Below are positions 54,730-64,000 of a DNA stretch of 64,000 bases, piece by piece. A program made the translations under genes and the position numbers. This DNA comes from Eubacteriales bacterium (lineage in GTDB: Bacteria > Bacillota > Clostridia > Oscillospirales > CAG-272): contig JAZNHE010000113.1 of assembly GCA_045576795.1 (NCBI GenBank), forward strand, positions 6,030 to 70,029, written 5' to 3'. Position 1 is the stretch's first letter. Each line of letters begins with the position of its first letter. Below the pieces are notes generated by a model. The model ran no database searches. It had not been told where the DNA came from and saw only the letters and a list, made by a program, of their open reading frames with translations.

Positions 54730-56247
54730 TTAATCATCAGCTCCGGCAAGGCTCTCAAGAGCACCCTGCTTCTCCGGTTTTGCATCTCCGTGCTTCACGA
54801 AGAACATAGTAACAAACGAAAGTCCAACAAACAATGCTCCAAACGGGAAGAACAGAATTCTCATACCGTTGTCATTTGTAAAGAGGTCGAGCAAATCGTA
54901 AAGTCCGCCGGCAAGGAGAGGAGCAATTACCTGCGCCGCCATAGATGCCGTGTAATAATATCCCGTATATTTTCCTACCTCACCGCCGCGAGCAAGCTCA
55001 ACAACCATCGGGAAGGAGTTAACGTTGATAGTAGCCCAGCCAATACCGGCAAGAGCAAATACGGGGTACATAACGGCAGGGGGAGTCGTGGGCGAAATAA
55101 ACGCACCGATGAGGAATGCCGATGCAAGCATAATGACACCTGCAAGTATCGTCTTTCTCCTGCCTATCTTGGATGCGACAATACCTACGGGGATGTAGGA
55201 GATGATTGCCGCCGCCTGAGCAACTATAAGTGTAAAGTTGAAGTCGAAGCCGAGAATGTTGGTAGCGTATACCGAGTACTTACTCGTTATTGAGTTATAT
55301 CCTACGTACCAGAGAGCAACCGATGCAAGAATGAGCACAAGTGACTTGAGCTCGGGCTTTGAGAGCTTTCTTTTCTCGGAATTATCCTCCACGGGTTCGT
55401 TGTTAAGGCCGAGTCTTTCGGATTCCTCCTCCATATCACGCGCCCATTTTTTCTCTCTTACGGTCGTGATGAAGACGGTGAGTCCTACCAGCATTATTGC
55501 CACAACAGCCAGAACGTAGCCGCTGTAATTCATATAGATGTTTTTAGAGGTTGCAAATACCATACCGAGTCCGAGGACGAGTATTCCGCCTGCCGCACCC
55601 ATAAGGTTGATAATCGCATTTGCCTTTGATCTGAGGGGCTTGATCGTTACGTCGGGCATAAGTGCAACCGCAGGTGAGCGGAAGGTAGCCATAGAAACGA
55701 GCAGGCCGAGAAGAACGGTTATGAATCCTACAAGGGGCCAGCAATTAGCGAGCGTGATTTCAAGGGCCTCTTTACGCAGTGCCACCTTTGCGTCATTAAG
55801 GGCAGCCTCCGCAGCCTTGAGCTGTGCTATCGCCTCGGGATTTTTCGCATCAACAAGATCCTGCAAGCCCACCTTGACAAGCTCGAAGTTACTGTATGCT
55901 ATATCATATCTGTGTTCAATGCCGGCATCAGCAAGAGCCTTTATCTGCGCTCCGTCAACAATGGCAAGAAGTATGAACAGAAGCACTGCGGCAACCGTTC
56001 CGAGCACTATAAACGGAGTACGCTTACCGTATTTACTCATAACCTTGTCCGACAGGGCTCCGAATATCGGCAGCATAAATACCGCAAGAACGTTATCCAG
56101 TGCCATTACCGCGCCGGATGGAAAATGCGGAAGACCAAAGTGATTTGTAAGAATAAGCGGCACTATTGCATCATAGGCCTGCCAAAACGCGCTTATTAAG
56201 AAGAACGCGAAGCCTACGAGTATTGTGCGTTTGTAATTAAGCTTCAT
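54730..56247 (-). CDS. MFS transporter, GPH/SLC45-like putative glycoside symporter
   Basis: 505 aa with about 12 TM helices. The loop motif GALSDKVMSKYGKRTPFIVLG resembles the GPH/sucrose-transporter SD(R)...G(R)RRPF signature. A long helical insert follows TM3-4. Confidence 0.7.
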   Translation of the reverse strand: MKLNYKRTILVGFAFFLISAFWQAYDAIVPLILTNHFGLPHFPSGAVMALDNVLAVFMLPIFGALSDKVMSKYGKRTPFIVLGTVAAVLLFILLAIVDGAQIKALADAGIEHRYDIAYSNFELVKVGLQDLVDAKNPEAIAQLKAAEAALNDAKVALRKEALEITLANCWPLVGFITVLLGLLVSMATFRSPAVALMPDVTIKPLRSKANAIINLMGAAGGILVLGLGMVFATSKNIYMNYSGYVLAVVAIMLVGLTVFITTVREKKWARDMEEESERLGLNNEPVEDNSEKRKLSKPELKSLVLILASVALWYVGYNSITSKYSVYATNILGFDFNFTLIVAQAAAIISYIPVGIVASKIGRRKTILAGVIMLASAFLIGAFISPTTPPAVMYPVFALAGIGWATINVNSFPMVVELARGGEVGKYTGYYYTASMAAQVIAPLLAGGLYDLLDLFTNDNGMRILFFPFGALFVGLSFVTMFFVKHGDAKPEKQGALESLAGADD

Positions 56248-56510
56248 AACTTTTTTTCCTTTCTCGGATATATATACGAGTTCATTTTAGCACACGGCTG
56301 ATGTTTTGTCAAAGGGGTTATTTGCGCGTTTTCAAGTATTTGAATATTTTTTATAAATATATTAGCAATAGTATACAAACTTGTTTGTGATTATAAACAA
56401 TTTTATCCAAAACAATAGACATCTTCGTTTTTTTGTGTTAATATAGCGTTGACAAGAAATACGTATTATTATCAAAAAAATAAAAAAATAATGGTGAAAG
56501 GATTAAAAAA

Positions 56511-58871
56511 ATGAACACCGATTTAAGAGCACCTAAGCTTTTTATGAAAGTAAACGTAAATTCCGTTCTTCTCGACGGCATTGTCACAGAGCTTGACGTC
56601 TGTCCCAAAAATGAAAACGGACAGATTCTTATCCCAAAGGAGGCTCTTGCCCTTATAGGCATCAGCTCGGATTGCGACTACGTAAAATTTGACGATATAA
56701 GCGGAATACATAAGCACTACGACACAATGGGACTGATATTCCTTGATGAAGATGAATACGTAACGGGCATAAACCGTGATGAAAATCTCCCCTATATGCT
56801 CTCCCTCTCCAACTCTATATGCTTCAAAATTCCGAGAATAAAGCTGACGGGCGGATACTCCCCTGCAACAGATGAAGAAAGAGAGTCCTTTATGGTAGTC
56901 GGACAGCAGATAGCCGACATGATAGAGGAAAGAAACGTTCAGCACCCCCACCTCTTTGCTTCACGCGATGTGTTTGACAGGCTGAAGGAAATATACGAGT
57001 CAAAGGACGGCTCAAAGGAATACAACCGCATCTTGGAAATAATCGAAGAGAATAAAAGATACAGAGCGCTCTGGCCGGAAATTCTCCCCGACGGCAGCGG
57101 CTTTGCAACAGAGGCAAGACAGTCCGGATACGGTGAGACGGAATACGACGTCGGCGGTAGACACTCCGACTCGGAAAACAGACTTATCGAAATCAAAATT
57201 ATGGCGTTTGTGGCACGTATCACAGGCGACGTCGATATGGCGAGAGCGTCTTACTATGCCTGCCTCAGCATTATCGGAAGAAAGCACTGGGGTCCCGGTC
57301 ACTTCCTCAACTGCGCGGGTGCGACGGCTTCTCTTGCCGTGATTTACGACTGGCTCTTTGACATGTGGGTGGAGCTCGGACTTGACACGGGTGCTATCAA
57401 GAGAGGTATATATACCCAGGGTATGCACCACGGCTTTAATTCCGTGATATACGACACGTGTGATATTCCCAGCCCCCAGCAGGGTACAGGCTGGAGATTT
57501 AAGGCAAAGCCTGATAACTGGAACGCAGTATGCAACGGCGGTATGATAGTTGGAGCACTCTGCCTGCTCGCCGAAGGTGTAGATGAAAATCTCAGCACGG
57601 AAGAGTATATGAAGGTTAAGGAGCTGATTGGCGCATGCCTTACCAGCGTTATGCAGGATCATCTTGTGTTCAAACAGTATGCTCCCGACGGCTCATACGT
57701 TGAGTCCAACAGCTATTGGTCATACGGCACGGGCCGTCTGTTCCAGATAATGGGCGCACTCCACTCCACAATAGGCACGGATCTCGGTATGCACAACGGA
57801 TGCGGTCTTGACAAGACATGCTACTACGCTATAAACACCGAGAGTGCTGAATTTGTCGGCTGGAATTATCACGACGGTCACCTCAGCTCACAGGATACCA
57901 CCAGCTTCAATATGTACGCCACTGTCAGCGGTGACGAAAATCTTTATGCTATACGTGAGATGCACCTTTCCTGCGGTAAGAGCGCAAATATTATGGATCT
58001 GCTCTATTGCCCGAGAGTGCTCGGCATTGAGATGCCCACCCTCGGTGAGCTTCCGCTCGATTACTTTATGGAGGGTATAGACGCCTTTACCGTAAGAAGC
58101 GGATGGGAAAAGGGCTCTGTTTTTGCAGGTATGATGGGCGGAGTTAACGCAATAGGCGGAAGCCATAATCAGCTCGACTCCGGCTCGTTTGTATATCACA
58201 ATCTCGGTAAGATGTGGATAACCGACCTCGGCGCGGACAACTATAACTGTGGAAAGAACAAGAATGGCGAAGGATACTTCTCCAACTACGGTCTTTACAG
58301 AAGAAACGCGGAGGGAGCAAACACGGTTGTAGTTAAATCTCTTCCCTTTGGTCAGCTTCTCGGCAAGCGCGGAAGACTCACACAGCACTATTCCTCCGAC
58401 ACCAACTCATACTGTGTAATAGACAACACGCCCGTTTACGGTGAAGATATAACCGAGAGCGCAAAGCGCGGTATGCTCTTCACAGGCAACAGAAAGACAC
58501 TCGTTATAGCAGATGAAATTAAATTTAAGAAGCCCGAGTGCGCATATTGGATAGCACACTTCGAGTCTGATAAAATAAGCGCAAGCATCTCCCCCGACGG
58601 CAAGAGCTGCACACTCACCCACACCGACGGTGAGAGCATCAGCATTAGGGCTATCGGTGACGGTGCCGCATTTGAGGTTTTATCATGCTACGACTTCCTT
58701 CTTTCAGGTACTGAAACGATAGAGGGCGAGCACTCAAGAGAAAATCACTCAAGACTTGTTATAAAATATGAAAACGTAAATGAAATATGCTTGTCCGTAG
58801 TAATCGAGGCCAAGAGCAGCGATGCTTACACCAAGCACTTACCCATCAGCTCCTGGGAAGAGCTGAAATAA
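56511..58871 (+). CDS. Heparinase II/III-like protein, paralogue of 9400-13419, without a signal peptide
   Basis: 786 aa sharing KHWGPGHFLNCAGATASLAVIYDW, DNWNAVCNGGMIVGAL and GGSHNQLDSGSFVYHNLGKMWITDLG with the 1339-aa protein. The N-terminal stalk-like segment is VLLDGIVTELD..NGQILIPKEAL. The RBS is gaaagga. Confidence 0.6.
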   Translation: MNTDLRAPKLFMKVNVNSVLLDGIVTELDVCPKNENGQILIPKEALALIGISSDCDYVKFDDISGIHKHYDTMGLIFLDEDEYVTGINRDENLPYMLSLSNSICFKIPRIKLTGGYSPATDEERESFMVVGQQIADMIEERNVQHPHLFASRDVFDRLKEIYESKDGSKEYNRILEIIEENKRYRALWPEILPDGSGFATEARQSGYGETEYDVGGRHSDSENRLIEIKIMAFVARITGDVDMARASYYACLSIIGRKHWGPGHFLNCAGATASLAVIYDWLFDMWVELGLDTGAIKRGIYTQGMHHGFNSVIYDTCDIPSPQQGTGWRFKAKPDNWNAVCNGGMIVGALCLLAEGVDENLSTEEYMKVKELIGACLTSVMQDHLVFKQYAPDGSYVESNSYWSYGTGRLFQIMGALHSTIGTDLGMHNGCGLDKTCYYAINTESAEFVGWNYHDGHLSSQDTTSFNMYATVSGDENLYAIREMHLSCGKSANIMDLLYCPRVLGIEMPTLGELPLDYFMEGIDAFTVRSGWEKGSVFAGMMGGVNAIGGSHNQLDSGSFVYHNLGKMWITDLGADNYNCGKNKNGEGYFSNYGLYRRNAEGANTVVVKSLPFGQLLGKRGRLTQHYSSDTNSYCVIDNTPVYGEDITESAKRGMLFTGNRKTLVIADEIKFKKPECAYWIAHFESDKISASISPDGKSCTLTHTDGESISIRAIGDGAAFEVLSCYDFLLSGTETIEGEHSRENHSRLVIKYENVNEICLSVVIEAKSSDAYTKHLPISSWEELK

Positions 58872-58889
58872 TCTTGAAAGGATGCGGCG

Positions 58890-59837
58890 ATGCAGGTAAT
58901 AAACTACCGATATCCCGATAACATAAACTTGTCAGGCAGCACCGCCGTAGCCCTCGGGTTTTTCGACGGAGTACACTCGGGACACCGACGTCTGATAGAG
59001 CTTCTTGTCAGAGAGGCAAAGAAAAACGGATTGCTACCGTGTGTTATGACTTTTACGGAAAATCTGTTGTTATCAAAGAATAAGTCAACTTTAATTTACA
59101 ATACAGAGGATAAGCTCAGAATTTTTGAGGAGCTTGGTATAGAGATTACCTTTCTTGTCGACTTCTCATCTATATCGGATCTGTCCGCAGATGAGTTTGT
59201 GAGGGAGGTACTCGTCAAGAGCTTCCTCACCAGTCTTGCAATATCAGGCTACAACTTCCGCTTTGGAAAGCGCGCAAGCGGCAACGCAGATACTCTCACC
59301 TCGCTTATGCGCGAGTACGGTGGTGAGGCCATAATACTTGAAGAACAGATAATGCTCGGCTCTCCCATATCATCAACAAGAATAAGAGAACTGATAAATA
59401 AAGGAGAGGTTGACGAGGCAGGCAAGTTGCTCGGCACACCGTACTTTATCCACGGTGTTGTTGAGCGCGGACTCGGACTCGGCAAGGCATACGGCTTCCC
59501 TACCGTTAATATACCGATAAACGATAATTCTCCTCTCCGCTCCGGCGTATACCGCACCGCAGTGAAAATAGGCAACAAGCTCTACACGGGTATAACCAAC
59601 GTCGGAACCTGCCCTACGATAGAAACACGTGCAGTACACGCGGAAACTATGATAGCGGACTTTGACGAGGATATTTACGGAGAGGAAATATACGTGTACT
59701 TCCTCGGATATTTGAGGGAGGAGCGCAAATTCGGCTCGGTGGCGGAGCTGCGGGAGCAGATATACGCCGATAAAGAGAGAGCTATCAAAGAAAACGGAGA
59801 TTTGTTATGGCTGGCAACTGGACTAAGCTTACAGTAA
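58890..59837 (+). CDS. ribF: Bifunctional riboflavin kinase / FMN adenylyltransferase
   Basis: 315 aa: ALGFFDGVHSGH (nucleotidyltransferase motif) and a C-terminal riboflavin kinase region (GFPTVNI, Y...FLGYLR.E.KF). Confidence 0.92.
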   Translation: MQVINYRYPDNINLSGSTAVALGFFDGVHSGHRRLIELLVREAKKNGLLPCVMTFTENLLLSKNKSTLIYNTEDKLRIFEELGIEITFLVDFSSISDLSADEFVREVLVKSFLTSLAISGYNFRFGKRASGNADTLTSLMREYGGEAIILEEQIMLGSPISSTRIRELINKGEVDEAGKLLGTPYFIHGVVERGLGLGKAYGFPTVNIPINDNSPLRSGVYRTAVKIGNKLYTGITNVGTCPTIETRAVHAETMIADFDEDIYGEEIYVYFLGYLREERKFGSVAELREQIYADKERAIKENGDLLWLATGLSLQ

Positions 59838-60721
59838 AAGGAAACGTCAACGACCTCGACGGCATAGTAGCCGTTATGAGTATGCTCGACAACGGATTGA
59901 TGATTGAGGACTACAGTGATTTCTCCTTCAACGGAATGTACGGCGAGCTTGTTGATGAAGAAATACTTAACGCGGATAAAAGCGTGGTTAAGGTTTCGCT
60001 TTTCGTTCCCGAGGAGAAAAACCTACTCGAATACAAGGCATATGCGGAGGCAAGACTCACCGCGCTCGGAATTCCCTTTGAAATTCTGACGGAGGGTATG
60101 AACGAGGAGGATTGGTCGGAGAGCTGGAAGCAGTATTACAAGCCTATCCCTCTCGGTAAGGTAACTATCGTACCGGCGTGGGAAAAATACGACGCCTCCG
60201 AGGGTGAAATAATCATACGAATGGATCCCGGAATGGCATTCGGCACAGGCACTCACGAAACCACCAGACTCGTTATGATGATAATGCAGGACATAATAGT
60301 GGGCGGAGAGAGAGTCCTCGACGTCGGCACGGGCTCGGGTATTCTTTCAATCTGCGCATCAAAGCTCGGCGCAAAATCCTGCAATGCCTACGATATTGAT
60401 CCCGTAGCGGTAAAGGTAGCGAGGGAAAATGCGCGTGACGACGGATGCACCAATATAACCGTGGGAGTATCCGACCTTCTCCACGGAGTAGACCTCTCGG
60501 AGGGCAAATACGACTTCTGCGTGGCAAACATAGTATCGGATATAATCATACGTATGATGCCCGACATAGACAGGTATCTCTCAGAGGGTGCTCCGCTCAT
60601 TCTCTCGGGTATAATAAATGAGCGCAAAGATGAAGTAATATCGTGTGCAGAGTCACACGGATATCGCGTTGAGCGTGAGGAGCACGAAAACGACTGGGTT
60701 GCTCTGCTTCTAAGAAAATAA
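59807..60721 (+). CDS. prmA: Ribosomal protein L11 methyltransferase
   Basis: 304 aa: DPGMAFGTGTHETT and LDVGTGSGILSI are PrmA hallmarks. It overlaps the ribF end by 31 nt. Confidence 0.9.
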   Translation: MAGNWTKLTVKGNVNDLDGIVAVMSMLDNGLMIEDYSDFSFNGMYGELVDEEILNADKSVVKVSLFVPEEKNLLEYKAYAEARLTALGIPFEILTEGMNEEDWSESWKQYYKPIPLGKVTIVPAWEKYDASEGEIIIRMDPGMAFGTGTHETTRLVMMIMQDIIVGGERVLDVGTGSGILSICASKLGAKSCNAYDIDPVAVKVARENARDDGCTNITVGVSDLLHGVDLSEGKYDFCVANIVSDIIIRMMPDIDRYLSEGAPLILSGIINERKDEVISCAESHGYRVEREEHENDWVALLLRK

Positions 60722-60834
60722 GAATACAATCGGTGCTGTCGCGATTACTCGTGGCAGCACTTGAGTAATTAAATGGATAAATCAACACTAAAAAACACGG
60801 TTTTATACCGTTTAACTTAACACGGGGTGTCATA

Positions 60835-61572
60835 ATGGCAAGATTTTTTGTAAACAACGAGAATATAACCGACGGCAAAATAACCATAACAGGCGACGAT
60901 GCCCACCATATTGCACGCTCACTCAGAATGGCGGTGGGCGACAGTCTTACGGTGTGCGACGAGGAAGGCAGAGAGCATGTAACCACCCTATCATACATCC
61001 GTGACAACGAGTGTGTGGCGGACATAATCTCGTCGAGCGACAGCACAAGCGAAGCACCTATGGAGATAACTCTGTTCATGGCGTATCCTAAGGGCGATAA
61101 GCTTGAAACCGTCGTTCAGAAATCCGTCGAGCTCGGTGCCTCACACGTAATCCCCTTTGAGTCATCACGCTGTATCAAGCGTCCCGCGCAGGAAAAGCTT
61201 GCCAAGATAACGGAGCGTCTGTCAAGGATAGCCGAGGAGGCGGCAAAGCAATGCGGCAGAGCAAAGAAGCCGACGGTATCGTCAATGCTCCGCTTTGCGG
61301 ATATGACGGCGAGAATATCGGATTACGACCTTACTCTGTTCTGCTACGAGGGTGAGGGCGCGGCATCTCTCAAGGCCACTCTCGAGGAATATGCAAGGCG
61401 TGACGGCAGAATTGCGGTCATTGTCGGCTCGGAGGGCGGCTTCTCCCGTGAGGAAGCGGATATAATCATCGAAAGGGGCGCGAAATGTGTCAATCTCGGA
61501 CCGAGAATATTGAGATGTGAAACCGCGCCGTCATACTGTTTGGCTGCAATTTCCTATTTTTCCGAGCTATAA
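60835..61572 (+). CDS. rsmE: 16S rRNA (uracil1498-N3)-methyltransferase
   Basis: 245 aa: MARFFV...GDDAHHIARSLRM (PUA-like N-terminus) and a SPOUT C-terminus (IVGSEGGFSREE, LGPRILRCETA). Confidence 0.9.
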   Translation: MARFFVNNENITDGKITITGDDAHHIARSLRMAVGDSLTVCDEEGREHVTTLSYIRDNECVADIISSSDSTSEAPMEITLFMAYPKGDKLETVVQKSVELGASHVIPFESSRCIKRPAQEKLAKITERLSRIAEEAAKQCGRAKKPTVSSMLRFADMTARISDYDLTLFCYEGEGAASLKATLEEYARRDGRIAVIVGSEGGFSREEADIIIERGAKCVNLGPRILRCETAPSYCLAAISYFSEL

Positions 61573-61819
61573 AATGCCTTAAGGGTGAATTTCAACAAGC
61601 AAATTGTTACTTTTTTGTGTATTTCGCAATATTTTTTTGAAAAAGTATTGAAATTTGTCCAAAAATAAGTTAAAATATAGTACAGTATAAACAAATCTAC
61701 CTACCGCACCCTGTGTGGTAGGATTTTAGATTAAGGGATTTTATTAGGTCGATAAAATTCATCAATGGACAGAACAAACGGCAATTGACCACGTCAACAC
61801 GAAAGGATTGGTTTTTACC

Positions 61820-62905
61820 ATGTCAAACCGCTTATTCCAAACAGTAATTCATCAGATGAAGGATATAGTAGGCCGCAGCATCGGAGCTATAGACGAGAAC
61901 GGCATAGTTATCGCGTGCAGCGAGCTCACGAAAATCGGTGAATCAAGACAAAGAATCAAGGAGGAGCTTTCTTTCTCCCGTGATTCGGCAGTAATCGACG
62001 GATATACCTACAGATTTATTAATACGGGCACGAAGAACGATTGCATCGTATTTGTAGAGGGGGACGACAGAGATGCGGAAAAGACCGCACAGCTCCTCGC
62101 AGTTACACTCGGTAATATCAAGAGCCTCTACGATGAGAAATACGATAAAGGCTCGTTCATCAAGAACATAATTCTTGATAACATTCTTCCGAACGATATT
62201 TACATCAAGTCCAACGAGCTTCATATGGGCAACGATGAGTACCGCGCGGTTATAGTAGTTAAGTTCCAGGGCGCAACAGAGGTTGCTCCTTACGAGATTA
62301 TTCAGAATTTAGTAACGGACAAGACCAAGGATTACGTAATCAATATCAGCGAGCAAGATATAGTTATCGTAAAGGAACTCTCCGACAAGCATACCACCGA
62401 GGCGCTTGAGGAGGAGGCACAGAGCCTTCTTCGTGCAGCGCAGAGCGAATATGCGGCGAAGCCTCTTATAGGTATCTCCTCAATCGTTGAGAAGCTCAAG
62501 GACCTCGCAAGAGCATATAAGGAAGCGAGAATAGCCCTTGAGGTTGGAAAGGTGTTCGATATAGAGCGCCCCATTATGTCCTACGAGAACCTTGGTATCG
62601 GCAGACTTATTTACCAGCTCCCCACCACCCTCTGCGAAATCTTCCTGCAGGAGGTGTTCAAGAAGGGCTCACTTGAGTCGCTCGACCGTGAAACACTTAT
62701 GACAGTGCAGAGCTTCTTTGAGAATAACCTCAACGTTTCCGAAACGTCGAGAAAGCTCTTTGTACATAGAAACACCCTCGTTTACCGCCTTGAGAAAATA
62801 AGAAAGCTCACAGGTCTTGACCTGCGCGAGTTTGACCACGCAGTAACCTTTAAGGTTGCGCTTATGGTTAAGAAATATCTCAACGGTAAGCCCACCAAAT
62901 TTTAA
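61820..62905 (+). CDS. CdaR/PucR-family transcriptional regulator
   Basis: An N-terminal sugar-diacid-recognition-like segment (AIDENGIVIACSELTKIGE) and a C-terminal PucR HTH (NVSETSRKLFVHRNTLVYRLEKIRKLTGLD). The start is uncertain: ATG at 61820 or TTG at 61808. Confidence 0.8.
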   Translation: MSNRLFQTVIHQMKDIVGRSIGAIDENGIVIACSELTKIGESRQRIKEELSFSRDSAVIDGYTYRFINTGTKNDCIVFVEGDDRDAEKTAQLLAVTLGNIKSLYDEKYDKGSFIKNIILDNILPNDIYIKSNELHMGNDEYRAVIVVKFQGATEVAPYEIIQNLVTDKTKDYVINISEQDIVIVKELSDKHTTEALEEEAQSLLRAAQSEYAAKPLIGISSIVEKLKDLARAYKEARIALEVGKVFDIERPIMSYENLGIGRLIYQLPTTLCEIFLQEVFKKGSLESLDRETLMTVQSFFENNLNVSETSRKLFVHRNTLVYRLEKIRKLTGLDLREFDHAVTFKVALMVKKYLNGKPTKF

Positions 62906-62964
62906 TTGAATTGTGGCTGTCCGTTAAGTGACAGCCCATATTCTTGAAATAAGGAGATAGTTCA

Positions 62965-64000
62965 ATGTCTACGCAACCTAACAGCCGTATAGGCAAGGTG
63001 AGAATTGCGGTCATTATAATTTCTATCTGTTTAATTATCGGCATCATCGCTTACGCCCTCTTGCTGACCTCGACTAAAAATTCAGAGGTTCTCCCAAGAG
63101 AAGAAATAGAGGCAAATATCGACAAATATGACGGTGAGGACCTTGGCTTTACCTACTCCTCATCCTACATCAAAAAATACGGTATATGCAATATCGACTC
63201 ACAGAAAATCAACTCGGCAGAGAGCATACTAAAGTCCAACTATTACAAGGAATTGCCAAAGGCACATCTGCTCGCCAAGAGTATATCGGAGATATTCCTT
63301 AAGGACTACTACGACAAGATAGACCTTGAGAGCAAGACAGAGGTTACAGATGCAATTCTCGACTGCCTTATCACCTGTATCGAGGACCGATACTCCTTCT
63401 ACCGCACGGCTGAGGAGTATGCAAGCTACAATGCGAGTCTTGAGGGCGGCTCATTCGTCGGTATCGGTGTTCAAGTCAACATAAATGACCTTGAGGTCCT
63501 TGCCGTGTATCAAAATTCTCCTGCAGAGGCGGCCGGTATCCGTGTCGGCGACTTCATAATCGGAGTTAACGATAGAACCGTCAACGATGCAACACCCAAC
63601 GAGCTTGCCTCGATGATTGCCGGTGAGGCAGGCACAGAGGTCGTGATAACGCTGAAAAGAGGCGATGAGGTACTCACCGTAACGGCAACCCGTGCTGAAT
63701 TAACCGAGCAATTTGTAAGCTATAAATTAGACAATGATAAAATAGGATATATTTCCATCTCATCCTTTACCAAAGCGACCGAGACTCAATTCAAGGAGGC
63801 AGTCGACTTCTTGGAGAGAGGTGGAGCGATAGCTCTCGTCATCGACGTCAGGAACAATCCCGGCGGACTGCTCAACGTAGTAGTCAACGTGATTGACTAT
63901 CTCATTCCCGACGCGGAGGACAGAATAATAGCCTCGTACAAAACAAATTCGCAGGCCTATGAGTTTACAACAACGGACGGCCATGCAACCAATCTGCCGA
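62965..64000 (+). CDS. S41-family carboxyl-terminal processing protease (CtpA/CtpB-like), 3' end beyond the window
   Basis: Absent from the ORF track because no stop codon falls inside the window. My translation from the ATG at 62965 (RBS aaggaga) gives a TM anchor, a PDZ segment (GIGVQV...VYQNSPAEAAGIRVGDFIIGVN) and the S41 motif LVIDVRNNPGGLL. Confidence 0.85.
   Translation, partial: MSTQPNSRIGKVRIAVIIISICLIIGIIAYALLLTSTKNSEVLPREEIEANIDKYDGEDLGFTYSSSYIKKYGICNIDSQKINSAESILKSNYYKELPKAHLLAKSISEIFLKDYYDKIDLESKTEVTDAILDCLITCIEDRYSFYRTAEEYASYNASLEGGSFVGIGVQVNINDLEVLAVYQNSPAEAAGIRVGDFIIGVNDRTVNDATPNELASMIAGEAGTEVVITLKRGDEVLTVTATRAELTEQFVSYKLDNDKIGYISISSFTKATETQFKEAVDFLERGGAIALVIDVRNNPGGLLNVVVNVIDYLIPDAEDRIIASYKTNSQAYEFTTTDGHATNLP

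Noticed and set aside
1-64000. Mobile elements, prophage, defence islands (restriction-modification, toxin-antitoxin, CBASS/retron-like) or a compositional island.
   Set aside because: No integrase, transposase or recombinase, no flanking tRNA or direct repeats, and no recognisable defence-gene motifs were seen. Gene content and codon style look uniform across the window.

Overview
This 64-kb window looks like chromosome from a spore-forming Bacillota (Clostridia-like) organism. It is densely coding, with about 46 supported CDS. I found no rRNA, tRNA, CRISPR array, transposase, integrase or phage genes.

**Sporulation genes:** the 3' end of spoIIIAH, dpaA/dpaB, an orphan GerA/SpoVAF-family gene, spoIIE, and an S41 Ctp-type protease. 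The protease runs off the right edge and is missing from the ORF track.

**Housekeeping genes:** asd, metF plus a split metH, trpS, ileS behind an Ile (AUC) T-box leader, birA, addA, truB, rnhA, ribF, prmA and rsmE.

**Envelope and accessory content:**
- Three tandem paralogous small lipoproteins (2938-4910).
- Two paralogous heparinase II/III-like proteins: a secreted 1339-aa one, and a 786-aa one without a signal peptide next to a GPH-like MFS transporter.
- A two-component system, a U32 peptidase, and a Zn-ribbon/Sel1-repeat protein.
- A 12.7-kb same-strand block (23158-35828), which I consider the most interesting part of the window.

That block starts with a GldA/GldF/GldG-like ABC operon carrying duplicated GldG-type auxiliary proteins and a 1008-aa membrane-anchored giant. 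Two extracytoplasmic trigger-factor-like proteins bracketing rnhA follow it. A degenerate FKBP/trigger-factor-like module of about 80 aa recurs in the giant and in both trigger-factor-like proteins, which suggests one uncharacterised envelope system.

**Other observations:**
- Four separate degenerate tandem-repeat arrays: one in-frame inside a CDS and three intergenic.
- A structured GC-rich leader upstream of a PAP2 phosphatase.
- Sporulation-type regulatory motifs at spoIIE (0A boxes) and dpaAB (sigma-K-like -10).
- addA coupled to truB with no adjacent addB.

All calls rest on reading the sequence and on remembered family motifs. No database search was run.
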